Positions 27,625 to 36,769 of a stretch of 64,000 bases of DNA are shown in pieces. The stretch's first letter is position 1. The number at the start of each line of letters is the position of its first letter. The stretch is from Candidatus Aenigmatarchaeota archaeon (GTDB taxonomy: Archaea > Aenigmatarchaeota > Aenigmatarchaeia > Aenigmatarchaeales > Aenigmatarchaeaceae): NCBI GenBank assembly GCA_043814985.1, contig JBDRJK010000019.1, positions 56,561 through 120,560 of the forward strand. The letters run 5' to 3'. The position numbers and the translations under genes are program-made. The notes under the pieces are model-generated. The model was not told where the DNA came from. It did not search any database and was given only the letters and a program-made list of their open reading frames with translations.

Positions 27625-27660
27625 AATAACCTTTAAATACTTTTCAATTGAAATAAGGTT

Positions 27661-27780
27661 TGGTTGCCGATCAAAGAGTGTAGGCAAGACCCGTTCCCAT
27701 TTCGAACACGGTAGTGAATCTACATTTCGATTTCGGTTGTACTGTCGAAAAGATGGGAACCCGAAGTAGTTGGCGACCAC
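27661..27780 (+). rRNA. 5S rRNA, stand-alone, embedded in a tRNA cluster
   Basis: Helix I pairs GGTTGCCGA with TTGGCGACC; loop C CCGTTCCCATTTCGAACACGGTAGT and TGTACTG...GGGAACC match archaeal 5S conserved blocks. Confidence 0.7.
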
Positions 27781-27846
27781 TACTTTTCTAAATATTCACA
27801 AACTAGAAAACTATTTAAATATCTTACGAAATAAAACAATAGATAT

Positions 27847-27918
27847 GCCTCGATAGTATAGTGGTTAGTATACGGGCCTGTCGAGTCCGTGACCTGGGTT
27901 CAAATCCCAGTCGGGGCG
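27847..27918 (+). tRNA. tRNA-Asp (GTC)
   Basis: Acceptor GCCTCGA/TCGGGGC, anticodon stem CGGGC/GTCCG, loop CTGTCGA, T-arm CTGGG-TTCAAAT-CCCAG. Confidence 0.65.
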
Positions 27919-27929
27919 CAATTATATTC

Positions 27930-28187
27930 ATGGTCGTCATACTGAAGCTGAACAAAGGAACAGCAGAGAAGCTTTTGGAATTCACTTACATCAAGCCAGA
28001 GCAGTCTAGGAATCTCTCAGGCAAGGGACTGACATTGGAAATTGATGATAAGGACTTTTTGATAGAAATACACGAAAGGGAAAAGATGATAGAGATAGCG
28101 GACTATAATGGAAGCTTCGGGATATGGTTCAAGCTTACAAAGGAGAAAGTCAAGAAATTGAAGGAAATAGCAAAAATGGGCCCATAA
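27930..28187 (+). CDS. Small hypothetical protein between tRNA-Asp and tRNA-Lys
   Basis: ORF track (internal ATG chosen; the track N-terminus overlaps tRNA-Asp); stop overlaps the tRNA-Lys 5' end. Confidence 0.25.
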   Translation: MVVILKLNKGTAEKLLEFTYIKPEQSRNLSGKGLTLEIDDKDFLIEIHEREKMIEIADYNGSFGIWFKLTKEKVKKLKEIAKMGP

Positions 28188-28299
28188 CTCAGTTGGTAGA
28201 GTGCCAGGCTTTTATCTGTTAGATAAAAGCATGTGTAACGCGAAAGCGTGATGACAGGAAGAAACCTGGAAGTCGTGGGTTCGACCCCCACTGGGCCCA
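28178..28299 (+). tRNA. tRNA-Lys (TTT) with 49-nt intron (28215-28263) containing a C-box-like GTGATGA
   Basis: Acceptor GGGCCCA/TGGGCCC, D-stem ACTC/GAGT, anticodon stem CCAGG/CCTGG, loop CTTTTA^A, T-arm GTGGG-TTCGACC-CCCAC. Confidence 0.6.
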
Positions 28300-28305
28300 C
28301 TTTAT

Positions 28306-28415
28306 GCCGAGATAGCTCAGCCTGGTGGAGCGCCGGTCTCATAAAATCATTATGAGATTTGATCCCAAGATGATATGGAATCCGGAGGTCGAGGGTTCAA
28401 ATCCCTCTCTCGGCA
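28306..28415 (+). tRNA. tRNA with CAT anticodon (Met, or Ile2) carrying a 36-nt intron (28344-28379)
   Basis: Acceptor GCCGAGA/TCTCGGC, D-stem GCTC/GAGC, anticodon stem CCGGT/TCCGG (U31-U39), loop CTCATA^A, T-arm GAGGG-TTCAAAT-CCCTC. Confidence 0.55.
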
Positions 28416-28438
28416 TAATTCATTGTTAAAGTGATTGA

Positions 28439-28795
28439 ATGCACTGGAAAGAGAACTTCAAGGAAGGCAAAGAAATAATTCTTTCTACATGCTCCAATTC
28501 AGGGGAGCCCAATGCCAACATAGTCATTTCCTTGGGGTTTGCTGATGAGAAGCTGCTTGTAGCGGACTGCTAGATGACAACCACAATAAAGAACCTGAGG
28601 GAAAACAAGAATATCTGCGTGGTCGGTGGCTATTTCAGAATAAAGGGAACAGTTGAAATATACGATTCTGGAAAGTACTTTGACGTTTGTTCTGAAATTC
28701 TTCGTGGGCAAGATGAAACACTTGAAATGAGGAATGCAATCATTATTACTGTTAAAGAAGTTTTTGACTTGGAAAATAATAAGAAAATAATTTAA
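28439..28795 (+). pseudogene. Pyridoxamine 5'-phosphate oxidase (PPOX/FMN-binding split-barrel) family gene interrupted by an in-frame TAG at 28571-28573
   Basis: Hand translation MHWKENFKEGKEIILSTCSNSGEPNANIVISLGFADEKLLVADC-TAG-MTTTIKNLRENKNICVVGGYFRIKGTVEIYD...; both halves are contiguous PPOX-like sequence in one frame. Confidence 0.5.
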
Positions 28796-29485
28796 TTACC
28801 AATACATTTTCTGCTCCTTTCCTATCTTCAGTCTGAAGTAGTTCAATAGGTAATACTTGAAGGCTGTCCTGTGGAAGCCTTTCTTGAAGCGCCTTGCAGA
28901 AATGAGCATGTACAATTCTTTACAACACTTGACCTTCCCCACCTTTCTCAACCTGTTGCCCAGGTCAAAGTCCTCCAAAAAATTTAATCTGAAAGGATGC
29001 TTCTTCAGAATATCTCTTTTGAAGGCAGCGTTCGATGCGCATATGCAAGGGTAATCCATTTTTGAGACTATCCTCAAAAACAAATCTCCCCATACTTTCA
29101 AACCGATCCTGGCCTCGGTTTTTGCATCATATGGGATTATTGGCCCGAATATGCATACATTGTCTTTCATTAATTTAGATATTTTTTCAATCCAGTCATC
29201 GGGGGGACGGCAGTCAGCATCGCAATATGCTACTATTTCTCCTTTAGCAGTCTTCCATCCAAGGTTCCTTGCACTGGCAATTCCATTTTTTTTGTCCCTG
29301 ACAACTTTGTCAGCGTATTTCTTGGCTATATTATATGTGTCGTCAATTGAATGTCCGTCCACGACAATTATTTCAGGTTTCAGAGTCTGCCTCTTCAAAC
29401 ACTGCAGACATTTCTTTATGTACTTTTCCTCGTTCTTGGCGCAGACCACCACAGATATTGTCATAAGAGAAATATGAAAAAACAA
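28796..29485 (-). CDS. Family 2 glycosyltransferase (soluble, 229 aa)
   Basis: VVVCAKNEEKYIKKCLQCL...VVDGHSIDDT...CDADC GT-A motifs. Confidence 0.75.
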   Translation of the reverse strand: MFFHISLMTISVVVCAKNEEKYIKKCLQCLKRQTLKPEIIVVDGHSIDDTYNIAKKYADKVVRDKKNGIASARNLGWKTAKGEIVAYCDADCRPPDDWIEKISKLMKDNVCIFGPIIPYDAKTEARIGLKVWGDLFLRIVSKMDYPCICASNAAFKRDILKKHPFRLNFLEDFDLGNRLRKVGKVKCCKELYMLISARRFKKGFHRTAFKYYLLNYFRLKIGKEQKMYW

Positions 29486-29509
29486 AATATATAATGCTTG
29501 TGCAAGAGT

Positions 29510-32161
29510 TTACTTCTTTGTCTTGAGTGCTGCCTGCGCAGCAGAAAGAATGGCTATTGGAACCCTGTAGGGAGAAGCGCTGACATTGGTAAGTCCTATG
29601 CTGTGGAAATACTTGACGCTTTCAGGGTCTCCACCATGCTCCCCGCAAACACCTATCTCAATACCCTTCTTCACCTTGTTGGCCTTCTTGATTGTTATCT
29701 CCATCAGCTGTCCCACCCCGACCTTGTCTATGGTCTGGAACGGGTCCTTCTCTAATATGCCACTGTCTAGATAACATGAAATGAACTTGCCTGCGTCGTC
29801 CCTTGAGAAACCAAGGGTTGTCTGCGTTAGGTCGTTCGTGCCGAAGCTTATGAAGTCAGACTCCTTTGCAATCGCATCAGCTGTCAACGAAGCTCTCGGA
29901 AACTCTATCATGGTTCCTATCTGGTATTTTATCTTGCCTTGGGCTCCTGTCTCCTTGGCAGCCTTCAATATTATCTCCTTGATTTTTCTGAACTCTTGGA
30001 TATCAATAATATTAGGAACCTCGATCATGGGTTTGGGATTTTTGCCCGCTTTTTTGGCTTTCAATGCTGCCTTGAAGATGGCCTTGGCCTGCATCTCACT
30101 TATTTCAGGATAGACAACACCTATTCTGCATCCCCTGAAGCCGAGCATAGGATTGAACTCATGTAATTTGGAAATCCTCTCCCTTATTGTCTTTTCAGGA
30201 GTCTTTGATGTTCTGGACAATGTCTTTATGCCGCCCTCTGTTTTGGGCAGGAACTCGTGCAATGGTGGGTCAAGCAGTCTTATTATCACAGGTTTATTGT
30301 TCATGACCTTGAATATTGCTACAAAATCACTTACCTGGTGTGGCAAGAGCTTGTCAAGTGCAATCCTCCTCTCCTTTTCATTGTCTGCTATGATCATTTC
30401 TCTCATTGAGTTTATCCTGTCCTCCTCGAAGAACATGTGCTCAGTGCGGCACAATCCAATTCCCTCGGCGCCAAAGTCTAGTGCCACCTTGGCGTCATGT
30501 GGGTTGTCTGCATTGGTCATTATCTCCATCTTCTTGACCTTCTTTGCCCATTCCATCAACACTCCAAACTCGTCAGATATGATAGGATCAATAACTGGAA
30601 GCTCACCCAAATAGAATTCGCCTGTTGTTCCGTCAAGCGTGATGTAGTCCCCTTCCTTGATTTTTATGAAGCCTACTGTCATCATGTTGTTTTCCTCGTC
30701 AATCGATATTTTCCCGCAGCCCGCAATGCAGCACTTGCCCATTCCCCTTGCGACAACAGCAGCGTGCGAGGTCATGCCGCCTCTTGCTGTCAGTATGCCC
30801 TCTGCGACATGCATTCCCTCAATGTCCTCTGGTGATGTCTCGTTCCTAACAAGTATTACTTTCTCATCCCTGTCGCTTGACCATACAAGAGCATCCTCTG
30901 CTGTGAACACAACCCTTCCAACAGATGCTCCTGGCGATGCTGGCAGGCCCTTGCCCAGCGGCTTCTTCTTTTCCTTGGGGTCTATTCTTTTATGTAGGAG
31001 CTGCTCCAGTTTGCTCGGCGCTACTCTCATAATTGCCTCCTCTTTTTTTATGAGGCCTTCCTTGACCATGTCAACAGCAATTTTAACAGCTGCCGGTCCT
31101 GTCCTTTTCCCGTTTCTTGTTTGTAAAATGAAAAGCTTGCCCTTCTGGACTGTGAATTCTAAATCCTGCATGTCCTTGTAATGCTTCTCAAGCTTGTTCC
31201 TTATCTGATACAGCTGCTTGTAAATGACTGGCATCTCCTTCTTTAGCTTGTCTATGCTTTTGGGCGTTCTTATTCCTGCAACCACATCCTCTCCTTGAGC
31301 ATTGATTAGGTATTCGCCGTAGAACTTGTTCTCTCCCGTGCTTGGGTTTCTTGTGAAAGCAACACCAGTACATGAGTCTTCTCCCATGTTGCCAAAAATC
31401 ATGGTCTGTACATTCACGGCAGTTCCAATCAGACCCTTTATGTCGTTTATTTTCCTGTACTTTATTGCTCTAGAGTTGTTCCATGAACTGAAGACAGCGT
31501 CAATTGCCATTTTCAGCTGCTTCTTGATATCATTTGGAAAGTCCTTTTTTGTTTCCTTTTTGATGACTGCCTTGAAGTCCTTTACCAATTTCTTGAGGTC
31601 ATCAACCCCAAGTTCGTAATCATAATGTATATCCTTTCTCTTCTTTGCCTTGGTTATTATTCCTTCAAAGTGCTTGTGCTCCACATCCATGACAACATTC
31701 CCGAACATCTGTACGAACCTTCTGTAGGAATCCCATGCAAATCTTTCGTTGCCAGTGTTTTCTTTTAATCCTTTCAACGTCTTTTCATTTAGACCTAGGT
31801 TCAATACTGTGTCCATCATGCCAGGCATGCTGACAGCAGCGCCGCTCCTTATTGATAATAGCAGAGGCCTCTTCACATTTCCCAGGCAGAAGCCCATCTT
31901 GTCCTCCAGCTTCTTTATGTTTTTATCAATCTGCTCCTGCAGTCCAGAAGGATATGAATTTTTGTTCTTGTAAAAGTAATCGCATGTTTCTGTTGTTATG
32001 GTGAACCCAGGTGGCACTGGCAGGCCCATTTTTGTCATCTCTCCCAGGTTTGCTCCTTTGCCTCCTAGAAGGAGTTTGTCCTTTGTATTGCCCTCTCCGA
32101 AGAAATACACGAATTTTTTTGATTTGGTGTTTGTTTTCATTAAATCTTTTACTCCTCTCAA
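29510..32161 (-). CDS. ppdK: Pyruvate, phosphate dikinase
   Basis: 883 aa; GGKGANLGEM ATP-grasp start, phosphohistidine region GGMTSHAAVVARGMGKCC, PEP-utilising C-terminal domain. Confidence 0.9.
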   Translation of the reverse strand: MRGVKDLMKTNTKSKKFVYFFGEGNTKDKLLLGGKGANLGEMTKMGLPVPPGFTITTETCDYFYKNKNSYPSGLQEQIDKNIKKLEDKMGFCLGNVKRPLLLSIRSGAAVSMPGMMDTVLNLGLNEKTLKGLKENTGNERFAWDSYRRFVQMFGNVVMDVEHKHFEGIITKAKKRKDIHYDYELGVDDLKKLVKDFKAVIKKETKKDFPNDIKKQLKMAIDAVFSSWNNSRAIKYRKINDIKGLIGTAVNVQTMIFGNMGEDSCTGVAFTRNPSTGENKFYGEYLINAQGEDVVAGIRTPKSIDKLKKEMPVIYKQLYQIRNKLEKHYKDMQDLEFTVQKGKLFILQTRNGKRTGPAAVKIAVDMVKEGLIKKEEAIMRVAPSKLEQLLHKRIDPKEKKKPLGKGLPASPGASVGRVVFTAEDALVWSSDRDEKVILVRNETSPEDIEGMHVAEGILTARGGMTSHAAVVARGMGKCCIAGCGKISIDEENNMMTVGFIKIKEGDYITLDGTTGEFYLGELPVIDPIISDEFGVLMEWAKKVKKMEIMTNADNPHDAKVALDFGAEGIGLCRTEHMFFEEDRINSMREMIIADNEKERRIALDKLLPHQVSDFVAIFKVMNNKPVIIRLLDPPLHEFLPKTEGGIKTLSRTSKTPEKTIRERISKLHEFNPMLGFRGCRIGVVYPEISEMQAKAIFKAALKAKKAGKNPKPMIEVPNIIDIQEFRKIKEIILKAAKETGAQGKIKYQIGTMIEFPRASLTADAIAKESDFISFGTNDLTQTTLGFSRDDAGKFISCYLDSGILEKDPFQTIDKVGVGQLMEITIKKANKVKKGIEIGVCGEHGGDPESVKYFHSIGLTNVSASPYRVPIAILSAAQAALKTKK

Positions 32162-32288
32162 TGAGTAAATATTGATTTTTTAATATATTTAAAATTTACA
32201 CAATAACCAACATTTATTTTGATGTTCAATAAAAGATTAAAGAGTTGTTATATAAATAAAATATCCAAGAAACATATATATTGAAAAT

Positions 32289-32362
32289 GCCTCGATAACT
32301 CAGTTCGGTAGAGTGCCTCACTTGTAATGAGGATGTCGGGGGTTCAAATCCCTCTCGAGGCT
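32289..32362 (+). tRNA. tRNA-Thr (TGT)
   Basis: Acceptor GCCTCGA/TCGAGGC, D-stem ACTC/GAGT, anticodon stem CCTCA/TGAGG, loop CTTGTAA, T-arm GGGGG-TTCAAAT-CCCTC. Confidence 0.75.
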
Positions 32363-32507
32363 TCAGTTTTTTTCAGATATGGAAAATCCAGAATTTAAAT
32401 TAAGGTCTTAAAACACTTTCAACGAGCATTCTCAAGACTTTTTAAAGCTTTCATTAGTTTATAAGATTCCGTATAATTTTATAAATGAGTTTTTCTCTAT
32501 TCTTAAT

Positions 32508-33539
32508 ATGCTTCCTACGGTGAGTTTGATTGTTCCAGCGAGGAACGAGGAGAAGGTTATAGGCAAATGCGTAAGAAGTTTGTTAAATTTGGACTATCCC
32601 AGAGACAAGCTAGAGTTAATAGTTGCAATAGACGGCTCCAAGGACAGAACCTTAGAGATATGCAAGAGCTTTGGTAGGAGAGTGAGGGTCATAAAATCCT
32701 GTCCAAAGACATGCAAGGGAGACGCCTTGAACAATGTGATACCCAAGGCAAAAGGCGAGATAATAGGTATCTATGATGCTGACTGTATTGTTGATAAAAA
32801 CTGCCTGAAACATGCTGTCAAGCACTTTTCTGATAAAAAAATAGCAGGAGTTTGCGGCAATCTCAAGTCCCACAACAAGGAGCAGGGCATGATTGCAAGG
32901 TCACTGGCCCTAGAAACCAGCTTCATATCTTTCATAGAGTACTTCCTTAACAGTCTCGGAGCCAACACACATTTCTTTGGAAAGAACATGTTCATAAGAA
33001 AGAATGTTTTGATGGATGTGGGCTGTTTTGACACTGAGACTTTTGTGGAAGACGTGGAGATGTCAATAAAGCTGAAAAAATACGGTTACAAGACGGTTTT
33101 CGAGCCCAATGCAATTGCATGGAACGAGGAGCCGCCTTCCTTCAGAGCATTCTTCAAGCAGCGTATAAGATGGGCCAGAGGAGCTGCAAAGCTGCTTAAG
33201 TACAAAAGAAGGCATGGAAAGGAATTCTTGTCAGATGCAATGCACGGCATATACTTCTACGTTCCACCTTTCGGTCTTATAACAGCAACTGTCCTTGCAA
33301 TTGTTATGCAGTTCGGCTTGCCCTTTTTCTTGATACTTCCCTTTATTGTCCTTTTTATGTTCAACATGGTTCTGCTGGTTTATTCGAGGATAAAGTTCAA
33401 GGAGCCTATGGGAGATTTGCTTTATCTGCCGGTGTGGTTTGTTTTGAGCAATGTTCACTTGGTCTTGTTGCTCAAAGGCCTTCTAGATGAGAAAATGGAA
33501 AAGAGTGTTTCTTGGAATTCTGTCAGGGCATTTTCTTAA
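32508..33539 (+). CDS. Membrane-anchored family 2 glycosyltransferase (processive-type, C-terminal TM helices)
   Basis: SLIVPARNEEKVI, YDADC, QRIRWARG (QxxRW) motif; C-terminal hydrophobic helices. Confidence 0.7.
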   Translation: MLPTVSLIVPARNEEKVIGKCVRSLLNLDYPRDKLELIVAIDGSKDRTLEICKSFGRRVRVIKSCPKTCKGDALNNVIPKAKGEIIGIYDADCIVDKNCLKHAVKHFSDKKIAGVCGNLKSHNKEQGMIARSLALETSFISFIEYFLNSLGANTHFFGKNMFIRKNVLMDVGCFDTETFVEDVEMSIKLKKYGYKTVFEPNAIAWNEEPPSFRAFFKQRIRWARGAAKLLKYKRRHGKEFLSDAMHGIYFYVPPFGLITATVLAIVMQFGLPFFLILPFIVLFMFNMVLLVYSRIKFKEPMGDLLYLPVWFVLSNVHLVLLLKGLLDEKMEKSVSWNSVRAFS

Positions 33540-33581
33540 ATGTAAATATATAAAAACACTTGCATATTATTCTCTTAAACA

Positions 33582-33690
33582 GGGGTCATAGTCCAACCAG
33601 GCCAAGACGGCTGGCTCCAGTCATGGAGCTTTGATTCCGAAGATGAAAGGAAGAAACCAGCTGATGGGGGTTCAAATCCCTCTGACCCCA
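33582..33690 (+). tRNA. tRNA-Trp (CCA) with 35-nt intron (33621-33655)
   Basis: Acceptor GGGGTCA/TGACCCC, anticodon stem GCTGG/CCAGC, loop CTCCAG^A, T-arm GGGGG-TTCAAAT-CCCTC. Confidence 0.55.
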
Positions 33691-33705
33691 CTTCATTGTG
33701 ATTGT

Positions 33706-34104
33706 ATGGATTGTGTCTTTTGCAAGATTGTGAAGGGGGAGATACCCTGCCACAGGGTTTATGAGGACGATGAGTTCTTTGCATTTTTTGATATAAATCC
33801 TCTGAACCCAGGACATACTCTCCTTATTCCCAAGAAGCATGTCCAGTGGGTTAATGATTATGAGCCATTTTGCAGTTACTGGCAAACAGCAAGGAAAGTA
33901 GCTAATGTGATACAGAAGGTTCTTGACCCTTTGGTTGTCTCCTATGTTGTATATGGTTTGGGTGTTCCCCACGCGCACATACATCTGATACCAAAGTTCG
34001 AGAACGACGAGCATCCATTGGGACCCAACCCTGAGAAGGTGCAGAAGATACCAGAAGAGGAAATGAAAAAAATCGCTGAGAAAATAAGAAAGTCTTTTAA
34101 ATAA
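33706..34104 (+). CDS. HIT-family (histidine triad) nucleotide hydrolase
   Basis: CVFCKIVKGEIP N-terminus and HAHIHLIPK histidine triad; ATG 33706 (the track start overlaps tRNA-Trp). Confidence 0.8.
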   Translation: MDCVFCKIVKGEIPCHRVYEDDEFFAFFDINPLNPGHTLLIPKKHVQWVNDYEPFCSYWQTARKVANVIQKVLDPLVVSYVVYGLGVPHAHIHLIPKFENDEHPLGPNPEKVQKIPEEEMKKIAEKIRKSFK

Positions 34105-34127
34105 TTACAATTAAAATCTATTCTAGA

Positions 34128-34199
34128 GCGCCGATAGTCTAATGGTTAGGACTTCAGCCTTCCAAGCTGATAATCCGGGTTCGAATCCCGGTCGGCGCA
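34128..34199 (+). tRNA. tRNA-Gly (TCC)
   Basis: Acceptor GCGCCGA/TCGGCGC, anticodon stem TCAGC/GCTGA, loop CTTCCAA, T-arm CCGGG-TTCGAAT-CCCGG. Confidence 0.75.
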
Positions 34200-34206
34200 C
34201 ATTTTT

Positions 34207-35634
34207 GTGATTAACATGAGGATAGTCTTATGCACACCACCATTCAGGACGACTGATTATTGCTGGCCACCTCTGGGTCTATTGTATATGGCTTCCTATC
34301 TCAAGACAAAAAGCAGCCATGTTGTGAAGGTCATTGACGCTTATTACAGCATGAATGAGAAGCAGTTTCTGGATCAAATGAAGAAGGAGAAGCCTGACGT
34401 GATAGGCTTCAGCTGTACAACTTACACATTCTTGAAATCAATGGAACTGCTTAAGAAAATAAAAAATGCCCTTCCCAACACCACAATTGTTCTGGGCGGC
34501 ATCCATGCGACATTCTTTGCTGACAAGATATTGAAGAACTACAAGTTCATAGACTTTGTGGTCAGAGGAGAAGGTGAGATTGCCTTTACGGAACTGGTCA
34601 ATAATCTGGGGAACAGGAAGAAACTGATAAATATCAATGGACTGGCCCTTCGCGATAAAGGCAAGATAATAAGCAACGAGCCAAGCTTTATCTCTGATTT
34701 GGACTCCTTACCTTTGCCAGACAGAAGGCTTTTGGGGAACAATGACTATTCACAGTACTGGTTTGGTCTGAAGCTTAACTTTGGAAAGTTCACCACGCTC
34801 CTGACATCAAGGGGGTGTCCGCACAATTGCAATTTCTGCTGTTGTTCCGCCCTGTTCAAGAGAAGATGGAGAACAAAGTCTGTAAAAAACATCCTTGATG
34901 AGTTGGAGGAGATGTACTTGCAGGGTTACGGGACCTGCATTATTGTTGATGACAACTTTACCTTGAATCCCAAAAGAGTTGTTCAGATATGTAGGGGCAT
35001 AAGAAAGAGAAAAATAAAGATGAATTTCCATTGCGAGGGAAGGGTCGACAGGACAGACCCCAAAATATTGAAGGAAATGAGAAAGGCAGGCTTTTCAACC
35101 ATATACTTTGGGATGGAAAGCGGGGTCCAGAAGGCTCTTGATTATTACAAGAAGGGGATTAAGGTTGAGCAAATCAAGAATGCTGTCAGGAATGTTAAAA
35201 AGGCTAGGATGAATGCTATAGGATCCTTCATAATAGGTTCCCCGGTAGAGACCAAGGAGGATGTAATGAAGACACTTGAATTCGCTTCTGGGTTGAAAAT
35301 AGGTCTTCAGATAAACATACTAGAGCTTGTTCCAGGATCAGAGATATGGATGGATAATATTAAGAAGATGGGAAAGGACGACTGGAAGAAGGCGCATTTC
35401 ATAACAGAATTCTATGACAACTTCACAAGAAAGGAGATGCTTTATTTTAGGGACTTGGGCTATAAGATGCTGTCTGAAAAGTGGATGAAAGTAAGTTCTG
35501 TGAAGGAACTGCCCAGCCTGTTGACAAGCTATAACGTAAAGGTTATAGTATCAAACATTTCCAAAGACCCATACTTATTCGTAAAACAGTTGAGCAAAAT
35601 TCACAAAAAGGGTCTGTACCCTTTCAAGGTATGA
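34207..35634 (+). CDS. B12-binding domain radical SAM protein
   Basis: N-terminal cobalamin-binding-like domain; CPHNCNFCC radical-SAM cysteine motif; 475 aa. Confidence 0.75.
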   Translation: MINMRIVLCTPPFRTTDYCWPPLGLLYMASYLKTKSSHVVKVIDAYYSMNEKQFLDQMKKEKPDVIGFSCTTYTFLKSMELLKKIKNALPNTTIVLGGIHATFFADKILKNYKFIDFVVRGEGEIAFTELVNNLGNRKKLININGLALRDKGKIISNEPSFISDLDSLPLPDRRLLGNNDYSQYWFGLKLNFGKFTTLLTSRGCPHNCNFCCCSALFKRRWRTKSVKNILDELEEMYLQGYGTCIIVDDNFTLNPKRVVQICRGIRKRKIKMNFHCEGRVDRTDPKILKEMRKAGFSTIYFGMESGVQKALDYYKKGIKVEQIKNAVRNVKKARMNAIGSFIIGSPVETKEDVMKTLEFASGLKIGLQINILELVPGSEIWMDNIKKMGKDDWKKAHFITEFYDNFTRKEMLYFRDLGYKMLSEKWMKVSSVKELPSLLTSYNVKVIVSNISKDPYLFVKQLSKIHKKGLYPFKV

Positions 35635-36182
35635 GTATGGATAAAACACAAAATGAAATAATCAAGACTGCTGCAGAAATTATTAGGAAAGGTCAAATAG
35701 TCGTGTATCCGACAGACACTGTCTATGGTATTGGTGGTGATGCTACTTCTGAGGAGGTTGTTAGGAAAGTATACGAAATAAAGAGGAGACCTATGAATAT
35801 GCCGATTTCAGTTCTTGTTTCAGACTTTGAAATGCTTGAGAAATATGCTGAAATAAACGAAGAGCAAATGGCTATCTTAAAGAAATTTTTACCAGGACCC
35901 TTCACCTTCATTCTAAAGCCAAAAATAAGGCTTTTTGTTTCTCGGGGTACAGTTGGGTTCAGAATACCAAATCACTGGTGCACCCTGATAGTTAAGGAAT
36001 TTGGAAAGCCAATAACAACCACATCAGCCAACATACACCAACAGACTACTCCTGATAACATAGAAAAAATAAGAGATAATTTTAAGGAATCTGTTTCTCT
36101 ATACATAGATGAAGGAACTCTAGAAGGAAAGCCTTCAAAGGTTGTAGACTTGATAGATAGATTAAAAGTGATTAGAGAATGA
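35631..36182 (+). CDS. YrdC/Sua5-family threonylcarbamoyl-AMP synthase (t6A pathway)
   Basis: IVVYPTDTVYGIGGDA motif; 183 aa (YrdC-only form). Confidence 0.8.
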   Translation: MSMDKTQNEIIKTAAEIIRKGQIVVYPTDTVYGIGGDATSEEVVRKVYEIKRRPMNMPISVLVSDFEMLEKYAEINEEQMAILKKFLPGPFTFILKPKIRLFVSRGTVGFRIPNHWCTLIVKEFGKPITTTSANIHQQTTPDNIEKIRDNFKESVSLYIDEGTLEGKPSKVVDLIDRLKVIRE

Positions 36183-36340
36183 AATACAAAAGGTTCAAAC
36201 AATTCAAGGACCAGAGAAGGAAGATAGCAGAAGAGAGGATAGAAATACTTGAAGGCATGGTAAAGAAGAAGCCTGAGTTCGAAAAGAGGTATAAAGAACT
36301 AATAAAAAGGATAGCTAAGAAATATAGATTAAACATTTAA
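36179..36340 (+). CDS. Small highly basic protein (53 aa), translationally coupled (ATGA) to the YrdC gene
   Basis: Hand translation MKYKRFKQFKDQRRKIAEERIEILEGMVKKKPEFEKRYKELIKRIAKKYRLNI. Confidence 0.3.
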   Translation: MKYKRFKQFKDQRRKIAEERIEILEGMVKKKPEFEKRYKELIKRIAKKYRLNI

Positions 36341-36364
36341 ATATTAAAGACGTAAAGTGAGTTT

Positions 36365-36769
36365 ATGAAACAAGTGCCACCACAGAAGATTGTAGAGAGA
36401 GTTTCAGAGAGACTGAAGAAGGACGAGAACATCAAGCCTCCACAGTGGTCTAAGTTCGTGAAGACAGGTATGTCAAGCGAAAGGCCCCCTATAAAAGAGG
36501 ACTGGTGGTTTTCCAGGTCCGCAGCCATTCTGAGAAGGATTTATGTTCATGGGCCTGTTGGCACGCAGAGACTTAGGACGTCTTTGGGAGGCAGGAGAAG
36601 AAGAGGACACAAGCCTGCTCACCGTGCCAGTGCTGGAGGAAAGATAATAAGGACAATTCTTCAGCAGTTGGAAAAGGCTGGTTATGTTAAAATAGTTGAG
36701 AATCCAAAAAAGGGAAGAGTAATAACGCCCAAGGGCCAGAAACTTTTGGAAAAGGCTGCAGGTGGATAA
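36365..36769 (+). CDS. rps19e: Ribosomal protein S19e
   Basis: PPQWSKFVKTGMSSERPPI...WWFSRSAAILRRIY...GGRRRRGHKP matches S19e. Confidence 0.85.
   Translation: MKQVPPQKIVERVSERLKKDENIKPPQWSKFVKTGMSSERPPIKEDWWFSRSAAILRRIYVHGPVGTQRLRTSLGGRRRRGHKPAHRASAGGKIIRTILQQLEKAGYVKIVENPKKGRVITPKGQKLLEKAAGG

Noticed and set aside
27861-27929. N-terminal part of ORF 27861..28187 (MVSIRACRVRDLGSNPSRG...) and of ORF 33631..34104
   Set aside because: These segments are the translated tRNA-Asp and tRNA-Trp sequences. Starts were moved to downstream ATGs (27930, 33706).
28571-28573. TAG in the PPOX gene as a pyrrolysine or other recoded sense codon
   Set aside because: TAG terminates other genes in the window in normal positions and no pyl machinery is visible. 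Pseudogene or error is the simpler explanation.
29498-31973. Plus-strand ORFs (29781..30113, 30153..30614, 30657..31181 etc.) overlapping the PPDK gene
   Set aside because: Antisense shadow ORFs within a confidently assigned 883-aa ppdK. No independent support.
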